Source: Butyricicoccaceae bacterium
GTDB lineage: Bacteria; Bacillota; Clostridia; Oscillospirales; Oscillospiraceae
Assembly: GCA_963629655.1 (NCBI GenBank)
Contig: CAVGKI010000001.1
Coordinates: 1-61,166 of the forward strand
Direction of reading: 5' to 3'
Length of the DNA: 61,166 nucleotides
Made by a program: the position numbers and the translations under genes. Of the stretch, positions 28,402 through 36,852 are shown one piece after another (positions within the stretch are counted from its first letter, which is position 1; each line of letters starts with the position of its first letter). The notes under the pieces are model-generated. The model searched no databases. It saw only the letters and a program-made list of their open reading frames with translations, and was not told where the DNA came from.

Positions 28402-30329
28402 ACCTTGTGCTCCTTTGTATAGTTCAGCAGTCCTCCGGCGAGCAGGATGGACTGCTGCCGTTCGGTGAGGCTGCACACAACGGGGTAGGCTCTGCCCGCC
28501 GCCGTATCCGTCAGCTCAAGCCTCCCCACCGCCATGCCGCCGCGTATATTCTCAATGCTCAATCGCGCGCCCTGCTGCAGCGCGTCATAGTCCGCGGGAT
28601 TTTCAAACGTCAGCGGCAGGATGCCCGCATTGATGAGATTTGCCGCATGGATGCGCGCAAAGCTTTTCGCCACGACGCAGCGGATGCCCAGATACATCGG
28701 CACGAGCGCCGCGTGCTCGCGCGACGAGCCCTGACCGTAGTTGCCGCCGGCAACGATGATTCCGTCACCCGCCGCCTTGGCACGCTCCGGGAAGCTTGGG
28801 TCACATACCTGAAAGCAGAACTCCGACAGCTTCGGGATATTCGAGCGGTACGGCAGAACCTTTGCCCCCGCCGGCATGATGTGGTCGGTGGTGATATTGT
28901 CGCCCACCTTGAGCACGAGCTCCGCCGAAAGCGTGTCGGCAAACGGACGACTCTTGGGGAAGGGCTTGATATTCGGTCCGCGCAGCACCTCCACCGCGTC
29001 CGCCTCATCCGCCCGGGCGGGCGGAAGCACGGCGCTGTCGTCTATGCGGAAGTGTTTTGGCAGAGTGACAGCCGGCATCGTGCCGAGTGTGCGCGGGTCG
29101 GTGATGCAGCCGGTGAGCGCGGCGGCGACGGCAGTCTCCGGGGAGACGAGATAGACCTGTGCGTCCTTTGTGCCGCTGCGGCCGAGGAAGTTGCGGTTGA
29201 ACGTGCGCAGGCTCACACCGCCGGAGTTCGGCGAGAAGCCCATGCCGATGCACGGACCGCAGGCGCATTCGAGCACGCGCGCGCCGGCGGCAAGTATGTC
29301 GGAGAGCGCGCCGCAGTCGGCAAGCATGGTCAGCACCTGCTTTGAGCCCGGCGAGACTGACAGGCTCACCCCGGGGGCAACGGTTTTGCCGCGCAGCAGA
29401 GCCGCGACCTTGAGCATATCCTGCAGGGATGAGTTCGTGCACGAGCCTATGCAGACCTGATCGACCCTTGTGCCCGCAAGCTCACTGACGGGAAGCACAT
29501 TGTCCGGGCTGTGCGGGCAGGCAATCATGGGCTGCAGCGTGTCAAGGTCGATGGTAATAACGCGGTCGTATACCGCGTCCGGGTCGGCGGAGAGGGGCGT
29601 GTAGTCGCCCTCCCGCCCCTCGGCGGCGAGAAACGCGCGCGTGACCTCGTCCGACGGAAAGATTGAGGTCGTTGCGCCAAGCTCCGTGCCCATGTTCGTG
29701 ATCGTGGCGCGCTCCGGCACGGACAGCGACGCGATGCCGGGTCCGCCCCATTCGATGATCGCGCCGACACCGCCCTTGACCGATAATATCCGCAGCAGCT
29801 CCAGACTGATGTCCTTGGCGGTGACATAGGGGCGCAGCGTCCCTGTGAGGTTGACGCGGAGCATTTTCGGCATGGTGATATAGTACGCGCCGCCGCCCAT
29901 AGCGACCGCAACGTCGAGCCCGCCTGCGCCGAACGCCAGCATGCCGATGCCGCCGCCGGTGGGCGTGTGGCTGTCGGAGCCGATGATCGTCCTGCCGGGC
30001 TTGCCAAAGCGCTCAAGATGCACCTGATGGCAGATGCCGTTGCCGGGGCGGGAGAAGTATACGCCGTGCTTGCGCGCGACGGTTTGCAGATAGCGGTGGT
30101 CGTCCGCGTTTTCAAAGCCGGATTGAAGCGTGTTGTGATCGACGTATGCCACGCTCAGCTCGGTTTTCACGCGCGGAATGCCCATCGTCTCAAATTCCAG
30201 ATACGCCATGGTGCCCGTAGCATCCTGCGTGAGCGTCTGGTCGATGCGCAGAGCGATCTCGCTGCCGGGGGTCATGTCGCCGTGCAGCAGATGGGCGCGG
30301 ATTATTTTTTGAGCAAGAGTTTCACTCAT
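28398..30329 (-). CDS. Aconitate hydratase (about 640-aa clostridial type)
   Basis: RIDQTLTQDATGTM, IGSDSHTPTGGG, GSCTNSS and CGPCIGMG cluster-ligand motifs, plus a swivel domain with GGNYGQGSSREHAA. Confidence 0.9.
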   Translation of the reverse strand: MSETLAQKIIRAHLLHGDMTPGSEIALRIDQTLTQDATGTMAYLEFETMGIPRVKTELSVAYVDHNTLQSGFENADDHRYLQTVARKHGVYFSRPGNGICHQVHLERFGKPGRTIIGSDSHTPTGGGIGMLAFGAGGLDVAVAMGGGAYYITMPKMLRVNLTGTLRPYVTAKDISLELLRILSVKGGVGAIIEWGGPGIASLSVPERATITNMGTELGATTSIFPSDEVTRAFLAAEGREGDYTPLSADPDAVYDRVITIDLDTLQPMIACPHSPDNVLPVSELAGTRVDQVCIGSCTNSSLQDMLKVAALLRGKTVAPGVSLSVSPGSKQVLTMLADCGALSDILAAGARVLECACGPCIGMGFSPNSGGVSLRTFNRNFLGRSGTKDAQVYLVSPETAVAAALTGCITDPRTLGTMPAVTLPKHFRIDDSAVLPPARADEADAVEVLRGPNIKPFPKSRPFADTLSAELVLKVGDNITTDHIMPAGAKVLPYRSNIPKLSEFCFQVCDPSFPERAKAAGDGIIVAGGNYGQGSSREHAALVPMYLGIRCVVAKSFARIHAANLINAGILPLTFENPADYDALQQGARLSIENIRGGMAVGRLELTDTAAGRAYPVVCSLTERQQSILLAGGLLNYTKEHKV

Positions 30330-30975
30330 AATGCTTCATCCTCTCGATTATGCTTTTCTTTGCGTTCTCGGTGTGCTCCGCCGTAAGCGCGGCAGCGCGA
30401 TCCGCATCGCCGTCGGCGATGGCATCGAAGATGGCGCGGTGCTCCTGCACGACCTGCGCCATGCGCGTCTCGTCGTCGATGGAGACCTTGCGATAGCGGC
30501 GGGTCTTGCGGTGCAGCGGCACGAGAGTGTCGCAGATGACGGTGTGCCCGCTCATCTCGCAGATGGCATCGTGGAACTGATCGTCCATCTCGCGCAGATG
30601 CTCGGTGTCATGACGGGTAAAGTAAAATTCCTGAAGATCCATGATGTGGCGCAGGCGCTTCAGCTCCTCCGGGGTCATGCTCTTTGCCGCATAATACGAC
30701 GCGAGCCCCTCGATACGGCAGCGGATATCCATGATGTCGAGCATATCCTCGCGCGTAATGCCCAGCACGACCGAGCCCTTGCCGCTGTCGGCGATAAGAT
30801 GCTCCTGCGCCAGACGGCGCAGCGCCTCGCGGATGGGCGTTCGGCTCACATCGAGCTGCTCGGCAAGCTTCAGCTCGGTGAGCACCTCGCCGCGCGGGTA
30901 CACACCCTGGATTATATCGGCTTCCAGCCTCTCAAACACCTGGTCTGCAAGCGTGACGGAATGAAAATCCTTCAT
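30322..30975 (-). CDS. GntR family (FadR/FCD subfamily) transcriptional regulator embedded in the operon
   Basis: N-terminal winged HTH (LTELKLAEQLDVSRTPIREALRRL) and a helical FCD-like C-terminal domain. 8-nt overlap with the aconitase start. Confidence 0.85.
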   Translation of the reverse strand: MKDFHSVTLADQVFERLEADIIQGVYPRGEVLTELKLAEQLDVSRTPIREALRRLAQEHLIADSGKGSVVLGITREDMLDIMDIRCRIEGLASYYAAKSMTPEELKRLRHIMDLQEFYFTRHDTEHLREMDDQFHDAICEMSGHTVICDTLVPLHRKTRRYRKVSIDDETRMAQVVQEHRAIFDAIADGDADRAAALTAEHTENAKKSIIERMKHYE

Positions 30976-30988
30976 GTGACACCCCCGA

Positions 30989-32365
30989 TCAGTCCCGCGC
31001 AAAGCGGCCGGGAGCCAGCTCCGCTATCTTGCTCTCAAGCTCCTTGTTGGACAAAACGGTCTGACGGCCGTCCTCATATTCGGCATCGACCCAAGCCTTC
31101 AGCGCAGTCACAAGCGGGTCGTGCTTGTCGATGCGCGCCTCATCGCTCAGGCGGTAGTTCTGGTTGATCCAATAGGCTATGCCGGCAAGCCCGGAGGTCT
31201 TGCCGATCTGCACGGCGGCAGGACGGTTGAGCAGCTTCTCCGTGTCAAAGATTGTGTATATCTCGGCATCCTTGAGCAGCCCGTCGGCGTGGATGCCGGC
31301 GCGCGTGACGTTGAAGTCGCGCCCGACAAACGGTGTCATAGGCGGAATGTCGTAGCCGATCTCATGCCGGAAGTAGTCGGCGATCTCCGTGATGACGGTC
31401 GGATCCATGCCGTCCAGCGAGCCGCGCAGAGACGCATACTCGAACACCATCGCCTCCAGCGGTATGTTGCCCGTACGCTCGCCGATGCCGAGCAGCGAGC
31501 AGTTGACCGCGCACGCACCGTAGAGCCACGCGGTCGAGGCGTTGACGACCGCCTTGTAAAAGTCATTGTGCCCGTGCCATTCCAGACACTCGCTCGGCAC
31601 GTCGGAATAATGCTGCAAGCCGTAGACGATGCCTGCCACGCTGCGCGGCAGCGCCGCCTCCGTGTAGGGGATGCCGTAGCCCATAGTGTCGCACGCGCGT
31701 ATCTTGACGGGTATGCCCGCCTGCTGCGAAAGCTTTTGCAGCTCGTTGACAAACGGCACAACAAAGCCGTAAAAGTCTGCGCGCGTGATGTCCTCCAAAT
31801 GGCAGCGCGGAACCACGCCTGCCTCAAACGCATCGCTGACCGTGGCAAGGTAATAGTCCATCGCCTGGCGGCGTGTCATCTTCATCTTTTTGAAGATGTG
31901 ATAGTCGCTGCAGCTGACGAGGATGCCGGTCTCGCGGATACCGAGGTCACGCACAAGGTGGAAATCCTCCTTCGTGGCGCGGATCCATGTCGTGATCTCC
32001 GGGAATTTCAGCCCCAGTTCCTGACACTTTTCCAGCGCCTGACGGTCTTTTTTGCTGTAAATAAAAAATTCCGTCTGCCGGATGATGCCGTAAGGTCCGC
32101 CGAGCTTGGACAGAAGCTTGTAGATGTTCACGATCTGCTCGACCGTGTACGGCTCTACCGACTGCTGACCGTCGCGCAGGGAGGTGTCTGTGATCCATAT
32201 CTCCTCCGGCATATTGATCGGCACACGTCTGTGGTTGAACGCCACCTTCGGCACTGCACCCTGAGTGTAAATATCGCGCTGCAGGTTCGGCTCCTCCACG
32301 TCCTGAAGCGAATATTTGTATGACTTCTGCTCCAGCAGGTTTGTTTTCCCGGATATTTCGAGCAT
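30989..32365 (-). CDS. Re-face citrate synthase / homocitrate synthase-like enzyme (HMGL-like DRE-TIM family)
   Basis: ITDTSLRDGQQS motif and a 458-aa homocitrate/isopropylmalate-synthase-like sequence. The operon context with aconitase and isocitrate dehydrogenase matches the Clostridium kluyveri Re-citrate synthase arrangement. Assigning Re-citrate rather than homocitrate synthase is an inference from context. Confidence 0.75.
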   Translation of the reverse strand: MLEISGKTNLLEQKSYKYSLQDVEEPNLQRDIYTQGAVPKVAFNHRRVPINMPEEIWITDTSLRDGQQSVEPYTVEQIVNIYKLLSKLGGPYGIIRQTEFFIYSKKDRQALEKCQELGLKFPEITTWIRATKEDFHLVRDLGIRETGILVSCSDYHIFKKMKMTRRQAMDYYLATVSDAFEAGVVPRCHLEDITRADFYGFVVPFVNELQKLSQQAGIPVKIRACDTMGYGIPYTEAALPRSVAGIVYGLQHYSDVPSECLEWHGHNDFYKAVVNASTAWLYGACAVNCSLLGIGERTGNIPLEAMVFEYASLRGSLDGMDPTVITEIADYFRHEIGYDIPPMTPFVGRDFNVTRAGIHADGLLKDAEIYTIFDTEKLLNRPAAVQIGKTSGLAGIAYWINQNYRLSDEARIDKHDPLVTALKAWVDAEYEDGRQTVLSNKELESKIAELAPGRFARD

Positions 32366-32385
32366 GACAAGGTTTCCTCCTAACT

Positions 32386-32409
32386 TTGTATTATTGTATA
32401 CAATTATAC
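32386..32409. promoter_or_regulatory. 24-bp near-perfect palindrome with a GntR-type core, candidate operator overlapping the -10
   Basis: tgtattattgtatacaattataca contains the perfect 12-bp palindrome ATTGTATACAAT (32393-32404), of the GT-N-AC type. It overlaps the -10 of the operon promoter. Confidence 0.55.
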
Positions 32410-32430
32410 ATCAAATGTGTCACTTGTCAA
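32403..32430 (-). promoter_or_regulatory. Sigma-A promoter of the citrate synthase operon
   Basis: Minus strand reads TTGACA, 16 nt, TATAAT, about 38 nt upstream of the start codon. Confidence 0.6.
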
Positions 32431-32511
32431 CGCCGCAAATATTACTAATAGTGATATTAAAAAAGCCCTGCTTTTATTGAATATGTTTGTTATATGCGGG
32501 TCTGTCCGCGC

Positions 32512-33354
32512 TTACCCGAATCTGCGGGCGTAGCCGCAGCGGCGGCACAGCTCCTCCGCCGCACGGCGGGAGGAGAAGCCGTCGTATATTGCGCGGGCTC
32601 TGCCGCTTGACACGATGTCGTCCATGCTGCTGTCAAAGAGATTGCCGAGGGCGAGCTCACCGTCATGGTCAAGACAGCACGGCACGACCGTACCGTCGGC
32701 GAGCACGCCGATTTGGTCGCGCAGACCGTAGCAGAACACGCGCTCTCCCCCGTCCTCGGCTGTCATGTCCGGCCAGTCGAAGCGCTCTCCGTGCTCTAGC
32801 CACACGCGCTCCGCCAGTCCTGCGCTGTGCCGCGCCTCGCGCCACGGGCGCGGAAAGTGCTCGGCAAGGATATTCTCAATGTCGGCATTGAGGGCGTTCA
32901 GCCCGTTCCCGTTCCACAGGCGCAAAACGCACAGCTTCCCCGCCGCGTTCATTTGCGCGGCGAAGGCGGCGCAGCGGTTTATATAACCGTCAAGCTCTCC
33001 GCCGGTGTTTGCCTCGAAGGATTGGAGCGAGATGTTGACCTTGTGCACGGCGGAGGCATAAATCAGCGCGCCGCCGCGCTCATCAAGAAGCGTGCCGTTC
33101 GTCGTGACGATGACGCGAAAGCCAAGCGCCCCCGCCTCGTCGAGCAGAGAGGGCAGCTCCGGGTGCAGCAGCGGCTCTCCCATGAGATGGAGATAGAGAT
33201 AGTCAGTATACGGTCTTAACCGCGCGGCGAGCACGGCGAACTCCTCGCGCGTCATGAACCGCGGGGCGCGGCGCGTGCCGGGGCAAAAGGCACAGCGCAG
33301 ATTGCAGACGTTTGTGATCTCAAGATAGGCTTTTTTGAATCGCATTGGGTGCAC
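32512..33354 (-). CDS. Radical SAM protein with a C-terminal Cys-rich (SPASM-like) region
   Basis: The CNLRCAFC (CX3CX2C) motif is near the N-terminus (ITNVCNLRCAFCPG). C-terminal cysteines are VFCYG...VVPCCLDHD...LCRRCGY. Confidence 0.8.
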   Translation of the reverse strand: MHPMRFKKAYLEITNVCNLRCAFCPGTRRAPRFMTREEFAVLAARLRPYTDYLYLHLMGEPLLHPELPSLLDEAGALGFRVIVTTNGTLLDERGGALIYASAVHKVNISLQSFEANTGGELDGYINRCAAFAAQMNAAGKLCVLRLWNGNGLNALNADIENILAEHFPRPWREARHSAGLAERVWLEHGERFDWPDMTAEDGGERVFCYGLRDQIGVLADGTVVPCCLDHDGELALGNLFDSSMDDIVSSGRARAIYDGFSSRRAAEELCRRCGYARRFG

Positions 33355-33420
33355 TCCGTTCGCACAGTAAAAGTACAGCCCGGCGCATACGTCCGGGCTG
33401 GGCAGTGTTTTTGTGGGGTA

Positions 33421-33768
33421 TCAGAACATTCCGGGGAAGCCGGGCAGACCGCCGTTGAGCTTCGCCATGGACTGGCTTGTCTTGTCGTCGGCGAGCTTGA
33501 GCGCGCCGTTGACCGCAGCGAGGATCATATCCTGAAGCATTTCGACATCCTCTGGATCGACGACCTCGGGGTTTATCTCGATCGACTGAAGCTCGCGCGT
33601 GCCGATGATGGTCGCCTTTACCGCGCCGCCGCCGGAGGTAAACTCAAACTTCGTCGATTCAAGCTCCTGCTGCATCTTCATAAACTCCTGCTGCATCTTC
33701 TGCGCCTGCTTCATCATGTTCATCTGTCCGCCGCCGGGATAGCCGCCGCGGAATCCGCCTTTTGCCAT
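33421..33768 (-). CDS. ybaB: Nucleoid-associated protein YbaB/EbfC
   Basis: 115 aa: QMNMMKQAQKMQQEFMKMQQELE...GGGAVKATIIGTRELQSIEINPEVVDPEDVEMLQDMILAAVN. Confidence 0.93.
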   Translation of the reverse strand: MAKGGFRGGYPGGGQMNMMKQAQKMQQEFMKMQQELESTKFEFTSGGGAVKATIIGTRELQSIEINPEVVDPEDVEMLQDMILAAVNGALKLADDKTSQSMAKLNGGLPGFPGMF

Positions 33769-33839
33769 TTTCTTGTCCTCCGAAAAATTTTTATAATTAT
33801 AATGTTATTTTACCAAAAACGCACACCGGGTGCGCGGTA

Positions 33840-35516
33840 TTATATAAACCTGACTTCCTTGAATTTGCGCAGCTCGTCAACGCTGCGCTCCCCTTGCGTA
33901 TCAGCGCCCATCTCGCCGAGAATGACGCGCACCTCGTGCCCGCACCTTCGGCTCGCCGCAGCGGCGAAGCTGTCAAGCACCTCCTGCCGGTTAAAGCGCC
34001 CGTACACAAAGCCGGGCAGACACTCCATGCGGAGAACGCCGTTTTCCATTCTGCCGCGCACCTTCGCGCTGTCGCTCAGCACATAGCGCAAATCGGGCGT
34101 AAGCCTCGGCGCGACTGCCTCGCACACCGCGCGCCAAAGCCCGTCGGCAGGGGGAGGCGGCGCGGGCGGCTCATCCTCCGGCAGCGGGGGCGCTTCCTCT
34201 GCGGGCGGGGCGGGTTCACGCTCCGGCGCGGGAGGCGCGGTGGGCGCAGGGGGCGCACTTGGTGCAGGCGGCACAGATACGCTCGCAGGGGCGGGCTTTT
34301 GCGCCGAGGGCGCGGTCTGTACAGGCTCCGCCGCCGTCGGCGGCGCGGGGGGCGGCACGGGCGTAGGCGCGGCGGTGCCCGCCGCGGCGACCTCCAGCCG
34401 TGATATGCGCGCGCGCAGAGCGTTCACGTCCTCCCCCAGCGTGTTGTCGCACAGGGAGATGAGGCACAGCTCCACCACGGTCTTGGGGTTTTTCGCCTCG
34501 CGTAGCTGCGCGGAATAGCGCTGAACGGTCTCCAGTGCGCAGATAAGCTCCTCGCGCGTCATGCGCCCGGCAAAGTCCGCGAGCTCCGCCGCGTCATAGC
34601 CGCCGGTGAGCAGGCTTGTGCCGCTCTTCGAGGCGACGGCGGTGATGAGTACATCGCGCAGAAGCGTGGCAAGCTCCTTGAGGAACGTGGCTGGGTCTTT
34701 CCCGTCCATCCACAGCGCGGAAAACTCCTCCAGCGCGGCGGGCGTGTCATGGCGCAGAATATGACAGAGCATGTCCGTGATGCGCTTGTTGCCCGCAAGC
34801 CCCATCGCGGAATACACCGCCGGCGAATCTATCTTCTCATAAGCCGAGCACTGATCCAGCAGGCTGAGCGCGTCGCGCACGCCGCCGTCCGCCAAGCGGG
34901 CGATAAGCTCCGCCGCGTCATGTGTGAGCGAAAACTGCTCCTGTCGGGCGATATACTCCAGATACTCCGCGATCTGCGGCGTGTCGATGCGGCGAAAGCT
35001 GTGCCGCTGGCAGCGGGAAAGTATCGTGGCTGGGACCTTTTGCAGCTCCGTCGTGGCGAGAATGAACATCAAATGCTCCGGCGGCTCCTCAAGTATTTTC
35101 AACAGGGCGTTGAACGCCGAGGCGGAGAGCATATGCACCTCGTCGATGATGTACACGCGCTTTTTCACCGCAGCCGGCGAGAACACCGCCTCCTCCCGCA
35201 GGGCGCGGACATTATCCACACCGTTGTTGGACGCGGCATCCAGCTCCACCACGTCGAGCACGGAGCCGTCCGCAATGCCCCGGCACGCCGGGCACTCCCC
35301 GCAGGGGTTGCCGTCCACCGGGTGCTCGCAGTTGACCGCCTTGGCGAGAATGCGCGCGCAGGTGGTCTTGCCCGTGCCGCGCGTGCCGATGAAAATATAG
35401 GCATGCGACAAGCGCCCGGACTTCACCTGATTTTTCAGCGTCTCGGTAATATGCTTTTGTCCGACGACCTCGTCAAAGGTCTGCGGCCGCCATTTGCGGT
35501 ACAGCGCCTGATACAT
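33840..35516 (-). CDS. dnaX: DNA polymerase III subunit gamma/tau
   Basis: MYQALYRKWRPQTFDEVVGQ...GTRGTGKTTCARILAKAVNC...CGECPACR. Start moved to ATG 35516. The upstream part of the ORF-track ORF overlaps the SRP RNA. Confidence 0.93.
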   Translation of the reverse strand: MYQALYRKWRPQTFDEVVGQKHITETLKNQVKSGRLSHAYIFIGTRGTGKTTCARILAKAVNCEHPVDGNPCGECPACRGIADGSVLDVVELDAASNNGVDNVRALREEAVFSPAAVKKRVYIIDEVHMLSASAFNALLKILEEPPEHLMFILATTELQKVPATILSRCQRHSFRRIDTPQIAEYLEYIARQEQFSLTHDAAELIARLADGGVRDALSLLDQCSAYEKIDSPAVYSAMGLAGNKRITDMLCHILRHDTPAALEEFSALWMDGKDPATFLKELATLLRDVLITAVASKSGTSLLTGGYDAAELADFAGRMTREELICALETVQRYSAQLREAKNPKTVVELCLISLCDNTLGEDVNALRARISRLEVAAAGTAAPTPVPPPAPPTAAEPVQTAPSAQKPAPASVSVPPAPSAPPAPTAPPAPEREPAPPAEEAPPLPEDEPPAPPPPADGLWRAVCEAVAPRLTPDLRYVLSDSAKVRGRMENGVLRMECLPGFVYGRFNRQEVLDSFAAAASRRCGHEVRVILGEMGADTQGERSVDELRKFKEVRFI

Positions 35517-35556
35517 GGTGCACCCTCTTTCATGAAACGCCGACGGATATAGTGAT

Positions 35557-35850
35557 GGCTCTTGACAAGACTGCACACCCGACTTTGAATAATGGGCTAT
35601 GCCCGTTACGCCGGCAGCCGGCTCGAACCCGGCTGCCTCGCGGCACACGAAAAACACCGCTTAATGCTGCTCGGTTCCCCGCCTGACATGGTTCACGGGT
35701 TTCCGTTGCGCGAGACCGGGTCGTCATCACTGCTTACCGGAGTCAGACGACACAGCGCACATCCTCGGTCGGGAATTCATCCCTGCTTTAGCGGATTGCA
35801 GGTCACAGGGCACCGCTGGCTCCCCGACTAGTGCAGCCTTGTCAAAAGCC
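35557..35850 (-). ncRNA. ffs: Signal recognition particle RNA, long Bacillus/Clostridium type with Alu domain
   Basis: The minus strand contains GUGAACCAUGUCAGGCGGGGAACCGAGCAGCAUUAAG (domain IV; compare B. subtilis GAACCAUGUCAGGUCCGGAAGGAAGCAGCAUUAAG) and AGCGGUGCCCUGUGACCUGCAAUCCGCU (Alu domain). The 5' and 3' ends pair (GGCUUUUGACAAGGCUGCAC / GUGCAGUCUUGUCAAGAGCC). TTGATA, 17 nt, TAATAT lies just upstream. Position upstream of dnaX is conserved. End coordinates are approximate. Confidence 0.88.
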
Positions 35851-35907
35851 ACGATTGATATATTACTACATCTTTTAAAATTTATCAAGATTTATATCAA
35901 GTTTTTC

Positions 35908-35935
35908 TTTACAAATTAAAAATTTGTGCTATAAT
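35908..35935 (+). promoter_or_regulatory. Promoter for tRNA-Ala
   Basis: TTTACA, 16 nt, TATAAT with the extended -10 TG (tgctataat). Confidence 0.55.
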
Positions 35936-35972
35936 GAACAAGCTGTCGAATGAAACAGCGCAGTGCACATTT

Positions 35973-36049
35973 GGGCCCGTAGCTCAGCTGGGAGAGCGCA
36001 CGGTTCGCATCCGTGAGGTTCGAGGGTTCGATCCCCTTCGGGTCCACCA
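35973..36049 (+). tRNA. tRNA-Ala (anticodon CGC), CCA encoded
   Basis: Cloverleaf: acceptor GGGCCCG/CGGGUCC with the G3:U70 alanine identity pair, D-arm GCUC/GAGC, anticodon stem CACGG/CCGUG with loop UUCGCAU, T-loop UUCGAUC. Confidence 0.88.
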
Positions 36050-36055
36050 CGAAGT

Positions 36056-36091
36056 CCGCCGTAATTCTGATAGAATTGCGGTGGGCTTTTT
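36056..36091 (+). terminator. Intrinsic terminator after tRNA-Ala
   Basis: 12-bp stem ccgccgtaattc / gaattgcggtgg (two G-U pairs) followed by gcttttt. Confidence 0.7.
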
Positions 36092-36130
36092 CTATACCCT
36101 TACGGCGGCTGTTCTTCTATCTATATTATT

Positions 36131-36170
36131 GAGCTCCCGCAGCCTCAACGTCTGCGGGAGCTGCTTTTTT
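36131..36170 (+). terminator. Second hairpin plus T-run (tandem terminator, possibly also serving the convergent deaminase gene)
   Basis: gagctcccgcag / ctgcgggagct stem followed by gctttttt. Confidence 0.6.
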
Positions 36171-36199
36171 CAGCGTCTTGCGGGTATTCGCGCCACGGT

Positions 36200-36691
36200 T
36201 TATACGGATATCATATCAAATATCGAATCGTCGTTTTCTATCCAGTCGCTGACCATTATGGTCTTGTACTCCGTCGCGGTCACGCGGATAACGACGCGCT
36301 CTATCCCGGCGTTTATTATCTGCCGCTTGCACATGGAGCAGCTCATCGCGTCATTCAAAAGCTCGCCCGTGCGCGCGTCGCGCCCGACAAGGTAGAGCGT
36401 CGCGCCGATCATGTCGCGCCGGGAGGCGGAAATGATGGCGTTCGCCTCGGCATGGACGCTGCGGCACAGCTCATAGCGCTCGCCGGAGGGAATATTGAGC
36501 GTCTCGCGCGTGCATACGCCCAAATCGCTGCAATTGCGCCGCCCGCGCGGTGCGCCGTTATAGCCTGTGGAAATTATCTCGTCGCTGCGCACGATTATCG
36601 CGCCGTATCTGCGTCTGAGGCAGGTGGAGCGCTCCAAAACGGAGTCGGCAATGTCAAGATAATAGTTTTGCTTGCTGGTGCGGCTGTCCAT
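36200..36691 (-). CDS. Deoxycytidylate (dCMP) deaminase, ComEB-like
   Basis: Zinc motifs SVHAEANAI and CSMCKRQIINAGI. Start moved to ATG 36691 after GGGAGGA. Confidence 0.85.
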   Translation of the reverse strand: MDSRTSKQNYYLDIADSVLERSTCLRRRYGAIIVRSDEIISTGYNGAPRGRRNCSDLGVCTRETLNIPSGERYELCRSVHAEANAIISASRRDMIGATLYLVGRDARTGELLNDAMSCSMCKRQIINAGIERVVIRVTATEYKTIMVSDWIENDDSIFDMISV

Positions 36692-36852
36692 GATACGTCC
36701 TCCCGTGGGTATATTTTTTATTATTTGGGTATGTTTTTTATTATTATAGTATAAGTGCCGCGCAAAGGCAAGAAGAAAAGAACGTCGGGCATATTTCCGA
36801 GTTTCGCATTTGTCTATGGATTTTTGCGCCATGCTGTGCTATACTGCAAATA

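Noticed and set aside
35850-35975. A strand-switch point (minus-strand genes to the left, plus-strand genes to the right) in an AT-rich gap, considered as a replication origin.
   Set aside because: There is no dnaA or dnaN nearby and no DnaA-box cluster seen. The gap is fully explained by back-to-back promoters for the SRP RNA and tRNA-Ala. Gene orientation switches again at ~50.3 kb.
35934-36395. A 153-aa ORF starting upstream of and running through tRNA-Ala.
   Set aside because: It overlaps a clear tRNA and two terminators, and the translation has no domain features. Spurious.
36692-36852. An expected preQ1 riboswitch ahead of queH-queT.
   Set aside because: No preQ1-I-like stem plus A-rich tail (…AAAAAACUA) was found by eye. 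Only promoter-like elements are present.
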